Below, in pieces: positions 8,385 to 19,113 of a DNA stretch of 35,405 nt. Made by a program: the position numbers and the translations under genes. The notes below the pieces were generated by a model. That model was not told the DNA's origin and searched no databases. It worked only from the letters and a program-made list of their open reading frames with translations. Source of the stretch: Bacteroidales bacterium (GTDB lineage Bacteria > Bacteroidota > Bacteroidia > Bacteroidales > UBA7960); NCBI GenBank assembly GCA_003555385.1, contig PWHO01000094.1:1-35405 (forward strand), given 5' to 3'. Each line of letters begins with the position of its first letter. The stretch's first letter is position 1.

Positions 8385-9878
8385 TTACCTGTTTCTCCCG
8401 CTCGAGGAAGACCTGCTGCTGGAGGAACTGGTGTTTGACGACCTCGTATTTGATGAGCTTCTTCCTGATGAGCCGGATGAGGACGACCTCGGGGGTGGTG
8501 AAACCCTTGTGGGACGTGTAGTTCTGCTCGGGGCGGTGGTAGACCTGCCCGGGCTGCTTGACCTCGACGGAGAGGTGGTTGTCCTTGTGGGTTGTGTCCG
8601 GGTCGGTGTATAAGAGGGTCGCCCGCGTTCTGTACGTGTCGGCTGTGTGGCCTCCCTGCTGCCTGAAGTTCTGGCCGGGGCGGTTTGCATTCCTGCCGGA
8701 CGACTTCTTTGTGTGCCGCTTTGCTGGTAGCTTGGAGCGGTATATGTCCGTGGCAGCCTGTAGGTCCTGTCACTCATCTCAGAAGTTTGTTGTCTTGTAA
8801 CAGAAGAGCGTTCCGGACGGGTGTACCTTCTTACTTCCTGTCCTTCACTGCTGGTTCTTTCCGGTCTGCTATACTGCACTTCACCGGATGATGGTGTGGT
8901 TCTTTCTGTACGGGAAGCTTCTGCGGTTTCCGCTCTTTGCCTTCCTTCTGCCTGTGCTGTTGTGCGTCCCTGTGCGGTAGCCGGTGAAGCGCTTTCAGGC
9001 CTGCGTTCACTCCTTGCTTCCCTTGCCACGCTTTCGCCGGCATCGGCAAGTATTTCCCTTCTTCCGGACTCATCACGGCGGGTCCGGTTTTCAAAAACTT
9101 CGGCAAATGTCTGTTCGCCTCGTCCGCCGGAGGTCCGTCCGACAGTACTTCCTCCGCCACTGCGGTGCCCGTAATGATAGGAACTTCCGTCAAAACTATT
9201 GTACATGTAGTTGTAATGGCTGTATGCATGATGCCCGCCATAGTATCCGCCATACATACCGTGGTGGAACCCGGCGAAGTAACCGGTCTGGTAACCTCTC
9301 CAGAAACGGTTATAGCTATACCAGCCACCGCCCCAGAATGGGTTGTGTCCGTACCAGCTTGAATAATAACCGGGATAATAGAAAGGCGCAGCTCCATAGC
9401 CCAGGTGAATACTTACACCGTAGTGATGAGGCATGTGGGTGTAGTAGTACATGTTGGTATAGAAGGGATCATAATAACCAAAATTCCCGTATGCCCCGTA
9501 AGGGCGGTGAAACCGCCTGATCCTGGAAGCATAGGAATAATCATAATAGTCTCCGTAAAAGTGCTGGTTGACCATGACGCCTCCATCCTCAGCATAATGG
9601 TACGAGGTGTCATCTGCATAATACTCTTCAGCCGCCTCGTAGGTGGCTTCCTGGGCTGTCTGACCCGATACAGGCCTGGCTTCTTCTTCCTCAATAATTT
9701 CTGTTTTCCGTCCCTGCTGATTATTGTCTGCCAGATGATCTGCCTGTGTTGCACCGGTTCTGACTACCTGAGGTGAGTAATAGATGTCATCTATGACACC
9801 GGCGGTCTGGTAGGTTGAGGAACAACCGGCCAGTACTACTGCCAGTACCATTCCGAATAATTTCATTAGTGTTTTCAT
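8385..9878 (-). CDS. Putative lipoprotein with Tyr/Gly/His-rich core and long Ser/Arg/Thr-rich disordered tail
   Basis: Lipobox LAG-C; DDIYY and YDYSYASRIRRFH motifs; low-complexity composition; CAAAGTTA (TAACTTTG on -) at 9919-9926 upstream. Confidence 0.75.
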   Translation of the reverse strand: MKTLMKLFGMVLAVVLAGCSSTYQTAGVIDDIYYSPQVVRTGATQADHLADNNQQGRKTEIIEEEEARPVSGQTAQEATYEAAEEYYADDTSYHYAEDGGVMVNQHFYGDYYDYSYASRIRRFHRPYGAYGNFGYYDPFYTNMYYYTHMPHHYGVSIHLGYGAAPFYYPGYYSSWYGHNPFWGGGWYSYNRFWRGYQTGYFAGFHHGMYGGYYGGHHAYSHYNYMYNSFDGSSYHYGHRSGGGSTVGRTSGGRGEQTFAEVFENRTRRDESGRREILADAGESVAREARSERRPESASPATAQGRTTAQAEGRQRAETAEASRTERTTPSSGEVQYSRPERTSSEGQEVRRYTRPERSSVTRQQTSEMSDRTYRLPRTYTAPSYQQSGTQRSRPAGMQTAPARTSGSREATQPTRTERGRPSYTPTRTQPTRTTTSPSRSSSPGRSTTAPSRTTRPTRVSPPPRSSSSGSSGRSSSNTRSSNTSSSSSRSSSSGRNR

Positions 9879-9957
9879 GACAATATCCCCCGTAGTTATT
9901 GTTAGTTCGTGCTATTTACAAAGTTAAGAACAAAATACTTTCTTTCATAGTTTTTTG

Positions 9958-9965
9958 TAATTTTG
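9958..9965 (+). promoter_or_regulatory. -7 element (TAATTTTG) for proS, divergent from a - strand box at 9919-9926
   Basis: Two back-to-back TAnnTTTG matches in the divergent intergenic region. Confidence 0.6.
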
Positions 9966-10015
9966 CCCGGTTAACTCACTTACTTTAAGCACAAATATTA
10001 TACCAAAATACAGAT

Positions 10016-11491
10016 ATGGCAAAGGCATTCTCCACCAGGGCAGAGAACTATTCAAAGTGGTACAACGATATTGTTCAGCATGCGGGTCTGGCAGAAAATT
10101 CTGCTGTCAGGGGCTGTATGGTGATCAAACCCTACGGCTATGCCATTTGGGAAAAGATGCAGGCCGCCCTGGACAAGATGTTCAAGGATACCGGGCATTC
10201 CAATGCGTATTTCCCGCTTTTTATTCCCAAGTCGTTTTTCAGCAGGGAAGCCGATCATGTGGAAGGATTTGCCAAGGAGTGTGCCGTGGTCACCCATTAT
10301 CGTCTGAAACAGGATGAAAAGGGAGGCGGCATTGTGGTGGATGAAGATGCCAAACTGGAGGAGGAGCTGGTGGTGCGACCCACATCAGAAACCATCATTT
10401 GGGACACTTACCGCCAGTGGGTGCAGTCGTACCGTGATCTGCCCATCCTTGTCAACCAGTGGGCCAACGTGGTGCGCTGGGAAATGCGTACCAGGATGTT
10501 TTTGCGCACGGCTGAGTTTCTGTGGCAGGAAGGACATACGGCCCATGCCACCCGGGAAGAGGCCCTGGAGGAAACCTACCAGATGCTGGATGTGTATGCT
10601 GATTTTGCAGAGAATCATATGGCAATACCGGTCCTCAAAGGGATAAAGTCGGCCAGCGAACGCTTTGCCGGGGCGGAGGAAACATTTTGTATTGAGGCAC
10701 TGATGCAGGACGGGAAGGCGCTGCAGGCCGGCACTTCCCATTTTCTGGGCCAGAATTTTGCCAAAGCCTTTGATGTGAAGTTTGCCAGTAAAACCGGGAA
10801 ACTTGAATATGTATGGGCCACTTCATGGGGCGTGTCCACACGGCTGGTAGGAGCCCTGATCATGGCGCATTCTGACGACCGCGGCCTGGTTCTCCCGCCA
10901 AAGCTGGCCCCCATACAAACAGTGATTGTGCCCATCTATAAAAATGATGAGCAGTATGCCCTGGTTTGTGAAAAGGCAGAAGCGATCAAAAAAGAGCTGG
11001 AGAAGTTTGGGGTTCAGGTAAAACTGGATGACAGGGATACACATAAACCCGGCTGGAAATTCAGCGAATATGAATTTAAAGGGGTTCCTGTGCGCATTGC
11101 CATTGGTCCGCGTGATGTGGAGAATGGCACCGTGGAAGTGGCCCGCAGGGACACCCTGGAAAAAGAAGTTGTGCCGCTGGATAACCTGGGGGAACGGGTT
11201 CAGGGGTTGCTGGAAAATATACAGAAGGTACTTTATCAGAGGGCCCTGGGTTTTCGCGAGAGCAATACCCACAAAGTGGACAGCTGGGAAGAGTTCAGGC
11301 GGCTGCTGGATGACAAGGGAGGTTTTTTGCTTGCACACTGGGATGGCACTCCCGAGACGGAACAAAAAATCAAAGAGGAGACCAAGGCCACCATTCGCTG
11401 TATCCCCCTTGAAAAATCTGAAGAACAAGGCAAATGTGTGTATTCCGGCAACCCCTCCCCGGGCAGGGTGGTGTTTGCCCGGGCATATTAA
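10016..11491 (+). CDS. proS: Proline--tRNA ligase (archaeal/eukaryotic-like type)
   Basis: [55 protein letters not shown]-terminal ARAY; no INS editing domain. Confidence 0.97.
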   Translation: MAKAFSTRAENYSKWYNDIVQHAGLAENSAVRGCMVIKPYGYAIWEKMQAALDKMFKDTGHSNAYFPLFIPKSFFSREADHVEGFAKECAVVTHYRLKQDEKGGGIVVDEDAKLEEELVVRPTSETIIWDTYRQWVQSYRDLPILVNQWANVVRWEMRTRMFLRTAEFLWQEGHTAHATREEALEETYQMLDVYADFAENHMAIPVLKGIKSASERFAGAEETFCIEALMQDGKALQAGTSHFLGQNFAKAFDVKFASKTGKLEYVWATSWGVSTRLVGALIMAHSDDRGLVLPPKLAPIQTVIVPIYKNDEQYALVCEKAEAIKKELEKFGVQVKLDDRDTHKPGWKFSEYEFKGVPVRIAIGPRDVENGTVEVARRDTLEKEVVPLDNLGERVQGLLENIQKVLYQRALGFRESNTHKVDSWEEFRRLLDDKGGFLLAHWDGTPETEQKIKEETKATIRCIPLEKSEEQGKCVYSGNPSPGRVVFARAY

Positions 11492-11552
11492 AATGGCCTG
11501 TTTTTTGCGGGATGGTTCTTCTTGATATACGGGTGTATTTTAACTTTTTCAG

Positions 11553-12080
11553 ATGATGGAAATCCTTATGCGTTCAATTATACTTCTGGCAGTTTCCGGG
11601 CTGCTGATTTTTCCTGCGGATGTGCAGTCACAGGATCCGGCCGGTGCCGTATCTGCAGGGCAAATACCTGACACCTTATCGTATGATACCCTGGCAACGG
11701 ATACGCTGGTGATTGAGGATGTTTCCCAACAACATCCCCTTGAGTGGGATGATGTAATACAGGATGACAAAACCGCCTACCTTTTGCGGGCGCACCGTGA
11801 GGCGGTTGATCGTCAGCTGGGGATTCCGGGTTTCAGGGTTCACCTGTATATGGACTCAGGCAACCGGGCAAGGCTGAATACGCAGCGGGAACAGGCTGAA
11901 TTTAAAGAGGAATATCCGGACATTAAATCGTATATTATTTACGAAGAACCCTATTTTAAACTAAGGGCCGGCGATTTTCGCACACGTCTTGATGCCCGGA
12001 GATTCCTTGAAAAGATCAAAGGGGATTATTCTTCCGCTTACATTGTGGTGGATCTGATCAATTTTCCGCAAATAGATTAA
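11553..12080 (+). CDS. SPOR domain-containing protein
   Basis: Signal peptide; C-terminal GFRVHLY..YEEPYFKLRAGDFRTRLDA..AYIV is typical of Bacteroidota SPOR proteins. Confidence 0.8.
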   Translation: MMEILMRSIILLAVSGLLIFPADVQSQDPAGAVSAGQIPDTLSYDTLATDTLVIEDVSQQHPLEWDDVIQDDKTAYLLRAHREAVDRQLGIPGFRVHLYMDSGNRARLNTQREQAEFKEEYPDIKSYIIYEEPYFKLRAGDFRTRLDARRFLEKIKGDYSSAYIVVDLINFPQID

Positions 12081-13156
12081 TTTTTGTCTATTGCGTTGAG
12101 GTCTTCAAAAGCAGCTTTAAGCCTGTTTCGCATACTTACCTCCCCTTCGCGAAGCCACTTTCTCGGATCATAATATTTTTTGTTTGGTTTGTCCGGACCT
12201 TCAGGATTTCCAATTTGTTCCTGCAGGTAGCCCTCATTGTTTTTGTAGAAATCCCTGATCCCGGCCCAGAAAGCCCATTGGGTATCGGTGTCGATGTTCA
12301 TCTTGATCACCCCGTATGAGATGGCTTCCCGGATCTCCTCCTGACTGGAACCGCTTCCCCCGTGGAACACAAAATTGACAGGCTTGGGCTTCGTGCCGAA
12401 GGTTTTTTCAATATGTGACTGGGAATTCTTAAGAATGACGGGCTGCAGTTTTACATTTCCCGGTTTGTATACACCGTGTACGTTCCCGAATGCTGCGGCA
12501 ATGGTAAACCTGGGCGAAACTTCATTGAGTTTCTCATACAATTCGGCAACTTCTTCCGGCTGGGTGTAAAGTTTTGAACTGTCTATGTCAGAGTGATCCA
12601 CACCATCTTCTTCACCGCCGGTAACGCCAAGTTCTACTTCCAGTGTCATGCCCATTTTGCTCATTCTTTCCAGGTAGCGACGGCTGATCTCAATATTTTC
12701 TTCCAGTGATTCTTCAGACAAGTCAAGCATATGGGAACTGAACAGCGGCTTACCGGTTGCCTTGAAGTGTTCTTCGCTGGCATCCAGTAATCCATCAATC
12801 CATGGGAGCAGCTTTTTTGCCGCATGGTCAGTATGAAGAATAACCCTTACACCGTAGGCTTTTGCCATCATGTGAATATGTTTTGCGCCGGATACTGCGC
12901 CTGCCACTGCCGCCTCCTGGTTTTCGTTCGGCAGAGATTTGCCAGCAAAAAACTGGGCGCCCCCGTTGGAAAACTGAATGACAACCGGTGAGTTGACCTC
13001 GCGGGCTGCTTCCAGTGTCGCATTAACTGAGTTTGTTCCTACCACGTTGATCGCCGGTAAAGCAAACTGATGTTCTTTGGCAATTCTGAACACTTCCTGC
13101 ACTTCATCTCCGGTTAATACACCGGGTTCAATGTGATTCATTAATTTCGCTGTCAT
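12077..13156 (-). CDS. fbaA: Class II fructose-bisphosphate aldolase (E. coli/yeast subtype)
   Basis: FALPAINV, LHTDH, FSSHMLDLSEE, GGEEDGVD, FGNVHGVY, VFHGGSGS, KMNIDTD, KKYYDPR. Confidence 0.97.
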   Translation of the reverse strand: MTAKLMNHIEPGVLTGDEVQEVFRIAKEHQFALPAINVVGTNSVNATLEAAREVNSPVVIQFSNGGAQFFAGKSLPNENQEAAVAGAVSGAKHIHMMAKAYGVRVILHTDHAAKKLLPWIDGLLDASEEHFKATGKPLFSSHMLDLSEESLEENIEISRRYLERMSKMGMTLEVELGVTGGEEDGVDHSDIDSSKLYTQPEEVAELYEKLNEVSPRFTIAAAFGNVHGVYKPGNVKLQPVILKNSQSHIEKTFGTKPKPVNFVFHGGSGSSQEEIREAISYGVIKMNIDTDTQWAFWAGIRDFYKNNEGYLQEQIGNPEGPDKPNKKYYDPRKWLREGEVSMRNRLKAAFEDLNAIDKN

Positions 13157-13293
13157 ATATTTTCTTCTTTAATTGATTGTAAATCGATTTGCTATCTCAA
13201 AATTAACAAATAAAAACATAATTTTGCCATTTAACTTGAGTAAGCCGGAAGTCCGGAGTTTTGTGTTTGTTGTTGTAATCAAGAATTTTTGTT

Positions 13294-14421
13294 TTGAAAA
13301 TTGCTGTAAACACCCGCTTACTGATACCGGGAAAATTGGAAGGAATAGGTTGGTTTGCCTGTCAGAGCTTGAAGCGAATTGTCAGGGCTCACCCGGAAGT
13401 TGATTTTCATTTCCTTTTTGACCGGCCTTACAGCAATGAGTTTATTTTTGCCCCCAATGTGAAACCGGTGCGTTTGTTTCCCCCGGCCAGGCATCCTCTT
13501 CTGTATTATTATTATTTTGAACAGACATTGGGCCGTTACCTGAACAAAACCGCACCCGATCTTTTTTTATCCCCGGATGGTTTTTTGTCGACCCGTTACC
13601 GGGGAAAACAGCTTCCGGTGTTTCACGACCTGAACTTTGTTCATTTTCCCCACTTCCTGCCTTTACTTACCAGGAATTATTACCTGCATTTTTTTCCAAA
13701 ATATGCCCGGAAAGCCTGCCGGATTGCTACGGTGTCTGAATTCTCAAAGGCAGACATTGCCCGGACCTTCAATTACCCGGAAGACAAGGTAGATGTGCTG
13801 TATAACGGGGTCAACCAGGTCTTTTCGCCTGTTGATGAGGCGGAAGCCCGGGCTGCAAGGCAGAAGTTCACCGGAGGCCGCCCCTATTTTGTATATATCG
13901 GGTCTTTGCACAAAAGAAAGAATATCAGCAATATGCTGCGGGCTTTTGATGCCTTCCGGAAAGATGATCCTGAGCAACACAAGCTTGTAATTATCGGAGC
14001 CCCCATGTTCGGATCAGGGGATATCCGGAAAGCGTTCAGGTCAATGGAGTACAAGGATGAAGTACTGATAATGGGCAGGCAATATGGCGATGTATTGCGT
14101 ACGCTTGTGGCCTCCTCACGGGCCCTTTTGCTGGTTTCCCATTTTGAGGGTTTTGGTATTCCGATCATTGAAGCCATGCAGTGTGATGTGCCGGTGATTA
14201 CTTCAAACGTGGCCAGCATGCCGGAGGTGGCCGGAGATGCTGCTTTGCTTGCCGCACCTGATTCAGTGGATCAGATTGTTGAGGCCATGAGGCGAATAGT
14301 CGGGGATCCCGGGTTGCGTGAGTCCCTTATCCGAAAAGGCCGGCAACAAAGGTTGCGATTTTCATGGGACAAAACCGCGGAGCGGTTATGGCACAGCATG
14401 GAGAAATCCATTTCAGGCTGA
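13294..14421 (+). CDS. GT4 family glycosyltransferase
   Basis: VFHDL, TVSEFSK, RKN, EGFGIPIIEAM (E-x7-E), SMPEVAGDA, FSWDKTA; TTG start. Confidence 0.9.
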   Translation: MKIAVNTRLLIPGKLEGIGWFACQSLKRIVRAHPEVDFHFLFDRPYSNEFIFAPNVKPVRLFPPARHPLLYYYYFEQTLGRYLNKTAPDLFLSPDGFLSTRYRGKQLPVFHDLNFVHFPHFLPLLTRNYYLHFFPKYARKACRIATVSEFSKADIARTFNYPEDKVDVLYNGVNQVFSPVDEAEARAARQKFTGGRPYFVYIGSLHKRKNISNMLRAFDAFRKDDPEQHKLVIIGAPMFGSGDIRKAFRSMEYKDEVLIMGRQYGDVLRTLVASSRALLLVSHFEGFGIPIIEAMQCDVPVITSNVASMPEVAGDAALLAAPDSVDQIVEAMRRIVGDPGLRESLIRKGRQQRLRFSWDKTAERLWHSMEKSISG

Positions 14422-14484
14422 TCCCAGTTAAAAAATTGGTTGTATTTTTGGGGTTTAATAAACGCTTATATTATTCGTTGTATT

Positions 14485-15894
14485 ATGATTCGTCTACAGA
14501 GACAAAAAGTGTTCGACCTGCTGAAAAAAGACAGCAGCCATTTGCTGAACAAGGAGATCAATGTCAAAGGCTGGGTCCGTACCCGGCGCGGGAATAAAAA
14601 TGTGGCTTTCATTGCCCTGAACGACGGATCCATTATTCATAACCTGCAGATTGTGGTCGATGTCAACGCGTTTCAGAATGATGAGCTATTGCGGAAGGTC
14701 ACTACGGGTGCATGTATATCGGTAAACGGTAAGCTGGTTGCATCCCAGGGAAAGGGGCAGGCCGTGGAAGTTCAGGCATCGGAAATTCATCTTTACGGAA
14801 CTGCAGATCCTGAAAAATATCCTTTGCAGAAGAAGGGGCATACCCTGGAGTTTCTCCGGGAGATCGCCCACCTGCGACCACGGACCAATACCTTCGGTGC
14901 GGTATTTCGTATCCGGCATGCCTTGTCTTTTGCCATTCATCGCTTTTTCAATGAGAACGGTTTCTTTTACCTGCATACGCCGATTATCACCGGATCTGAT
15001 GCGGAGGGTGCCGGTGCCATGTTCCGGGTAACTACGCTGGATATGCAAAATCCGCCGCTGGATGAGCAGGGCAAGGTGGATTACAGCCAGGATTTTTTCG
15101 GAAAAGAAACCAACCTTACAGTATCAGGACAACTGGAAGGTGAGCTGGGTGCGCTGGCCTTGTCTAATATTTACACCTTCGGACCCACCTTCCGGGCGGA
15201 AAACTCCAATACTTCCAGGCACCTCTCGGAGTTCTGGATGATCGAACCCGAGATGGCTTTCTATGATATCCATGATAACATGGATCTTGCCGAGTCTTTC
15301 CTGAAATACCTGATCAGATATTTACTGGAGCACTGTGACGACGACCTGGCTTTCCTGGAGAAAATGTACGACAAGGAGCTGACCGCGAGGCTGAATATGA
15401 TCGTCGGGAAGCAGTTTGAGCGCATTACTTATACTGATGCTGTAGAGATCCTGGAAAACTCAGGCCGGACCTTTGAGTACCCGGTAAAGTGGGGGATTGA
15501 CCTGCAGGCGGAGCATGAACGCTATCTTGTGGAACAGGAGTTCAAGCGTCCGGTGATCATTACCGACTATCCCAAAGACATCAAGGCCTTCTACATGAAG
15601 CTTAATGATGACGGCAAAACAGTGCGTGCCATGGATGTTCTCTTCCCGAAGATCGGCGAGATCGTCGGTGGATCGCAGCGCGAGGAAACTTACGAAAAAC
15701 TTTACGGGCGGGTCAAAGAGATGGGCATTCATGAAGAGGATGTGTGGTGGTACCTGGAAACGCGCAAGTTCGGAACGGCTCCTCACAGTGGATTCGGGCT
15801 GGGTTTTGAGCGCCTGATGCTGTTTGTAACGGGGATGGGAAATATTCGTGATGTGATTCCGTTTCCGCGTGCCCCCCAGAGTGCTGAATTCTGA
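14485..15894 (+). CDS. asnS: Asparagine--tRNA ligase
   Basis: [59 protein letters not shown]. Start moved to ATG 14485 because a TAnnTTTG box lies at 14443-14450. Confidence 0.97.
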   Translation: MIRLQRQKVFDLLKKDSSHLLNKEINVKGWVRTRRGNKNVAFIALNDGSIIHNLQIVVDVNAFQNDELLRKVTTGACISVNGKLVASQGKGQAVEVQASEIHLYGTADPEKYPLQKKGHTLEFLREIAHLRPRTNTFGAVFRIRHALSFAIHRFFNENGFFYLHTPIITGSDAEGAGAMFRVTTLDMQNPPLDEQGKVDYSQDFFGKETNLTVSGQLEGELGALALSNIYTFGPTFRAENSNTSRHLSEFWMIEPEMAFYDIHDNMDLAESFLKYLIRYLLEHCDDDLAFLEKMYDKELTARLNMIVGKQFERITYTDAVEILENSGRTFEYPVKWGIDLQAEHERYLVEQEFKRPVIITDYPKDIKAFYMKLNDDGKTVRAMDVLFPKIGEIVGGSQREETYEKLYGRVKEMGIHEEDVWWYLETRKFGTAPHSGFGLGFERLMLFVTGMGNIRDVIPFPRAPQSAEF

Positions 15895-16085
15895 TTGCGG
15901 ATGGTTTTTTCAGCTCCGATTCATCAAAAATCTGGTTAATATGCTGTCTGAATGTTTCCGGTGGTTTGCTGGCTTGAAAACATGAATGGTTTCTTTCAAT
16001 GTTTTTTGTTAAATTTGAGAGGAATTGGCCGGTTATTTGCCGGGCACAGCCAGAGTTGATCCGTATACAATAACTGTTTGATCAC

Positions 16086-17576
16086 ATGTTAAAACAAAGT
16101 CTGCAACAGAAGTTTCTCCAAAAGTTGTCGCCCCAGCAGATCCAGTTGATGAAGCTGCTGCAGGTGCCTGCGCTATTACTGGATCAGCGGATCAAGCAGG
16201 AAATTGAGGAAAATCCTGCCCTGGAGGAAGGTGACGAGCCTCACGATGAAATAGAGGCCCAGGCGGATGATGAGTATGAAAGTGCGATGGATACGGGGGA
16301 AGACACAGAAAATGATGAAAGTGAGAAAAGTGCTGAAGACGAATTTGATTTTGAAGACTATATTGAGGATGATGAAATTCCGGATTACCGGCTTTCAGCC
16401 AACAACACGACTTCAGATGACGAATTGAAAGAGGTTCCCTCGGTTTCTGCCACCAGTCCGCAGGAGGCGCTCCTGACTCAGCTCGGACTGGGAGACCTTT
16501 CCGACAGGGAATACCTTATAGCTACCCACATTATCGGAAACATTGATGAATCCGGATATTTACAGCGGGATATCCATTCGCTGATTGATGACCTCGCTTT
16601 CAATCAGAATATAGAAACCAATTTTACTGAAGTGCTGGGGTTGCTCAGAGTGATCCAGGGATTTGAACCGCCCGGCATCGGAGCCAGGGATCTTCAGGAG
16701 TGCTTGTTGCTGCAGATCAGAAGAAAAAAGCCCAGGACAAAACCCATCGAAGATGCAACCATCGTTCTGGAAAAAAACTTCAATGATTTTACCAGGAAGC
16801 ATTATGAAAAGATACGCAAGAAGCATGACCTGACCAATGAGGACCTCAAAGTAGCGATTGATGAAATACTGAAACTAAATCCCAAGCCCGGGAATTCCCT
16901 TCAGGAATCTGGCAAAGGGGCACAGTATGTGGTTCCCGACTTTATCGTAACTCACAACGATGGTGAACTTGAGTTGAGCCTGAATTCATATAATACTCCT
17001 GACCTCCGTATCAACAGAACTTATTCGGACATGTTCCGGACCATGGCAGAGTCACGTGGCAAGATAGATAAAAGGCAAAGGGAGACATTGAATTTCGTCA
17101 AGCAAAAGCTGGACAGTGCCCGCTGGTTCATTGATGCAATCAGGCAGCGGCAAAATACGCTGATGCTGACCATGCATGCCATACTGGAGTTTCAAAAGGA
17201 ATATTTTCTGACCGGAGACGAAACAAGGCTCAGGCCCATGATCCTCAAAGACATCGCTGATATGGTCAAGCTTGACATATCAACCATTTCCCGGGTGGCC
17301 AACAGCAAATATGTCCAAACCCCTTTCGGAACTTTCCTCCTGAAGAGTTTTTTCTCTGAATCACTCCAAACCGATAAAGGGGAAGAGGTATCAACCCGGG
17401 AGGTAAAAAAAATACTGCAGGACTGTGTTGAAGCAGAAAATAAGAGCAAACCACTGACCGATGATGAACTGGCCGGCATTTTAAAAGAAAAAGGGTATAA
17501 CATAGCCCGGAGAACGGTTGCCAAGTACAGGGAGCAGCTTGACATTCCCGTGGCCAGGCTGCGAAAGGAGTTGTAG
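16086..17576 (+). CDS. rpoN: RNA polymerase sigma-54 factor
   Basis: Gln/Leu-rich region I, acidic region II, GARDLQECLLLQ, STISR, RpoN box ARRTVAKYRE; TAAATTTG at 16010-16017. Confidence 0.97.
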   Translation: MLKQSLQQKFLQKLSPQQIQLMKLLQVPALLLDQRIKQEIEENPALEEGDEPHDEIEAQADDEYESAMDTGEDTENDESEKSAEDEFDFEDYIEDDEIPDYRLSANNTTSDDELKEVPSVSATSPQEALLTQLGLGDLSDREYLIATHIIGNIDESGYLQRDIHSLIDDLAFNQNIETNFTEVLGLLRVIQGFEPPGIGARDLQECLLLQIRRKKPRTKPIEDATIVLEKNFNDFTRKHYEKIRKKHDLTNEDLKVAIDEILKLNPKPGNSLQESGKGAQYVVPDFIVTHNDGELELSLNSYNTPDLRINRTYSDMFRTMAESRGKIDKRQRETLNFVKQKLDSARWFIDAIRQRQNTLMLTMHAILEFQKEYFLTGDETRLRPMILKDIADMVKLDISTISRVANSKYVQTPFGTFLLKSFFSESLQTDKGEEVSTREVKKILQDCVEAENKSKPLTDDELAGILKEKGYNIARRTVAKYREQLDIPVARLRKEL

Positions 17577-17578
17577 AT

Positions 17579-18205
17579 ATGACGCGTACGCTGGATGCAA
17601 TTGCCCGGGGAATATCGGCTTTATTCCACCCCTTGATCATTCCCACCCTGGGAATATTCATCCTGTTTCAGCTTAACACCTATGTCAGTTTTTCCGTCGC
17701 CGTGGAAGCCAGGCGTTTTATCATGGTCATGATATTCGTCAACACGGCCCTTGCTCCTGTGCTGTCCATTCTTGTGCTGAAACGTCTGGGGTATATCAAT
17801 GATCTGGTGCTTGATGAGCGCAGGGAGCGGATCCTTCCCCTTCTGTTTTCTGCCGTCATGTTTTTTATGACCTATTACCTGCTTCGGCAACTCAGCCTCC
17901 CTTCCCTCATTTATTTTTATGTGATGGGTGCTTCTCTGCTGGTATTGCTGGTGCTGCTGATCTCTTTTGCCTGGAAGATCAGTATACATATGGTTTCCCT
18001 GGGTGGGCTTACCGGTATGCTGGTTGTTACTTCCATTTTGTTGAATGTGGACGTTTCCCGCCTGATTATGGCCGCTTTTCTTGTCTCAGGATTAACAGCG
18101 GCAGCCCGGATTCACCTAAGGGCACATATCCCCTCGCAGGTGTATGCCGGGTATTTGCTGGGGCTTTCAGTAATGTTGCTGTTATTTGTGTATTTGCTTG
18201 GTTGA
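17579..18205 (+). CDS. Multi-pass membrane protein, PAP2-like
   Basis: Several hydrophobic segments; KISIH and ARIHLRAH..QVYAG resemble the PAP2 C2/C3 motifs; 2 bp after rpoN. Confidence 0.6.
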   Translation: MTRTLDAIARGISALFHPLIIPTLGIFILFQLNTYVSFSVAVEARRFIMVMIFVNTALAPVLSILVLKRLGYINDLVLDERRERILPLLFSAVMFFMTYYLLRQLSLPSLIYFYVMGASLLVLLVLLISFAWKISIHMVSLGGLTGMLVVTSILLNVDVSRLIMAAFLVSGLTAAARIHLRAHIPSQVYAGYLLGLSVMLLLFVYLLG

Positions 18206-18346
18206 AGGTTGTATTGACGGAATTTGAAATATGGCAACAGAACCGCAACCTGACGGGGCGTGCAGTGTTTCCGGCTGCAGAATTACTGGAACATGGAGAC
18301 AGATAAGGGGGTTGTTCAGGTTCAATGGGGGGGGTGCTGCTCCGGA

Positions 18347-19072
18347 TTAAAACAAGATAAAAGATAACCCGAGGGATACCGGATACATGTCCCGGGCAGA
18401 ATTCTCTTCAAAGAATCTTGTAAGGGGATAATACAGGTGCAGGTTCACACTTCCGTACCCCACCATGGCTGTCAGGCCGATTCGGTAATCTGCAATATTG
18501 TCCAGCTTATGTTCTTTGAACTTTACCTCCCTGATTAATTCTGTGGGTAACATGTCGAATTGTGTGCCGCCTGGAATCGGGTATGACGCTTCTCCTTCAT
18601 ATTTGGTATGGCCGTTGACCAGGTAGCCGGCCTTCATCCCTGCGTAAAACCTGAGTGTTCTGTTCAGTTCGCGTGTCCGGTACCTGAACTGAACCGGTAC
18701 TTCGAGATAATTCAGGCTGAGTTTGTTTTTGTCGTAGTTATGCCTGATCGGGGCGAAATCATATTTTTCCGGGGTGCCGGGAATATGCGGATGATAAACG
18801 TAGCGGTGATCGCTGTATAAATTGTGGCTGGAGAATTCCAGTCCTGCGGCAACGCTGAAGTTGCTGCGGCCCAGGGGCATATCCTGCATGGCGCTGATAT
18901 TGATTCCCCGCTGGATTGTTTTCAGGTCCATGCTGCCGGGAACCCCCTGCCAGCTATCCGTGAAAAGAGTCACAATGAAACGGTCGGAGGGATGCATGCG
19001 GGAGGGTTCAAAAGCCTGCAGAGAATTTGCGGCAATGAGTAATCCGAATAAAAGAAAACCGATTCGTTTCAT
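18347..19072 (-). CDS. Outer-membrane beta-barrel (porin family) protein
   Basis: Signal peptide; KLSLNYLEVPVQFRYRT..G-x-KAGYL pattern; C-terminal LGLSFILF. Confidence 0.75.
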   Translation of the reverse strand: MKRIGFLLFGLLIAANSLQAFEPSRMHPSDRFIVTLFTDSWQGVPGSMDLKTIQRGINISAMQDMPLGRSNFSVAAGLEFSSHNLYSDHRYVYHPHIPGTPEKYDFAPIRHNYDKNKLSLNYLEVPVQFRYRTRELNRTLRFYAGMKAGYLVNGHTKYEGEASYPIPGGTQFDMLPTELIREVKFKEHKLDNIADYRIGLTAMVGYGSVNLHLYYPLTRFFEENSARDMYPVSLGLSFILF

Positions 19073-19113
19073 TGTTGTATGGTTTAATGCTGTGCGTTGG
19101 ATGAAGCCTAAAA

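Noticed and set aside
8372-9776. Multiple alternative-frame and antisense ORFs over the lipoprotein gene
   Set aside because: Expected by-products of low-complexity, stop-poor sequence; only 8385-9878 has a signal peptide, lipobox and promoter box.
14440-14484. TTG start extension of asnS
   Set aside because: Contains the likely -7 promoter box; ATG 14485 is more plausible.
18327-18334. G8 homopolymer as a phase-variation tract
   Set aside because: Lies downstream of two convergent genes, outside any coding region or promoter.
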